From the NCBI GenBank assembly GCA_038210415.1, contig JBBQWS010000006.1, positions 28,650-92,649 on the forward strand: a DNA stretch of 64,000 nt, written 5' to 3'. Every line of letters starts with the position of its first letter. Positions within the stretch are counted from its first letter, which is position 1. Below are positions 63,866 to 64,000 of the stretch, in pieces. This stretch comes from Actinomycetes bacterium (GTDB lineage Bacteria; Actinomycetota; Actinomycetes; Prado026). A model generated the notes under the pieces. It searched no databases, had not been told where the DNA came from, and saw only the letters and a program-made list of their open reading frames with translations. The position numbers were made by a program, and so were the translations under genes.

Positions 63866-64000
63866 GGTGGACTGGGCCACGCAGGTGCTCGACCTCGTCG
63901 ACGCACGCGAGGCCGAGATGACCTCGCTGCTCACCCGCCTTGTCTCGACGCCGAGCGTCACCGGCAGCGATACCGAGAACGCGCTGCAGGAGCAGCTTGC
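63866..64000 (+). CDS. Partial CDS (N-terminal 45 codons): M20-family peptidase (ArgE/DapE-like)
   Basis: GTG start; ..LLTRLVSTPSVTGSDTE.. matches the N-terminal pattern of M20 deacylases. Runs off the window end. Confidence 0.4.

Overview
High-GC (about 70%) actinobacterial chromosomal window, gene-dense, with no rRNA, tRNA, CRISPR array, transposase or integrase recognised. Gene order matches a conserved Actinomycetota core region: radA-disA and clpC1-lsr2-GNAT-lysS-coaX-(nadC-nadB)-panC, plus proC/ppx. Other identified content includes a MacB-type tripartite ABC efflux operon, an ABC-2 exporter, an orphan cheW-cheR(TPR)-cheB triad, a P450 co-operonic with two PH-domain membrane proteins, a standalone nuoD homologue, a three-gene Gfo/Idh/MocA-containing operon, a Ppm-like GT2/GtrA plus GT39 (Pmt-like) pair with an apparent frameshift in the GT39 gene, a csoR-copZ-copA copper operon with a clear CsoR operator palindrome, a K+ channel, corA and several secreted/lipoproteins. 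Many adjacent genes overlap by 1-4 nt (GTGA/ATGA/TGATG). The most unusual sequence-level observations are listed here. (1) A 14-bp unit repeated four times at the ABC ATPase/permease junction, creating three consecutive 5-codon mini-ORFs (MRFVP/MRFDP/MRFVP), each joined to the next by an ATGA overlap, before the permease start. (2) Two copies of a roughly 190-bp composite palindromic element (30-bp near-perfect stem arms around a homologous 70-95-nt core), each in a gene-3'-end/next-gene-5' gap. (3) A translationally coupled three-gene cassette (EspC-like small protein, a roughly 415-aa protein with an N-terminal WXG-like helical domain and a C-terminal His-rich domain of unknown function, and a small acidic protein) that looks like an undescribed T7SS-type polymorphic toxin/immunity module. 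(4) A perfect 39-bp palindrome whose 3-nt loop is the annotated ATG of the orphan nuoD. All calls are made by eye from the sequence and ORF translations; no database searches were run.
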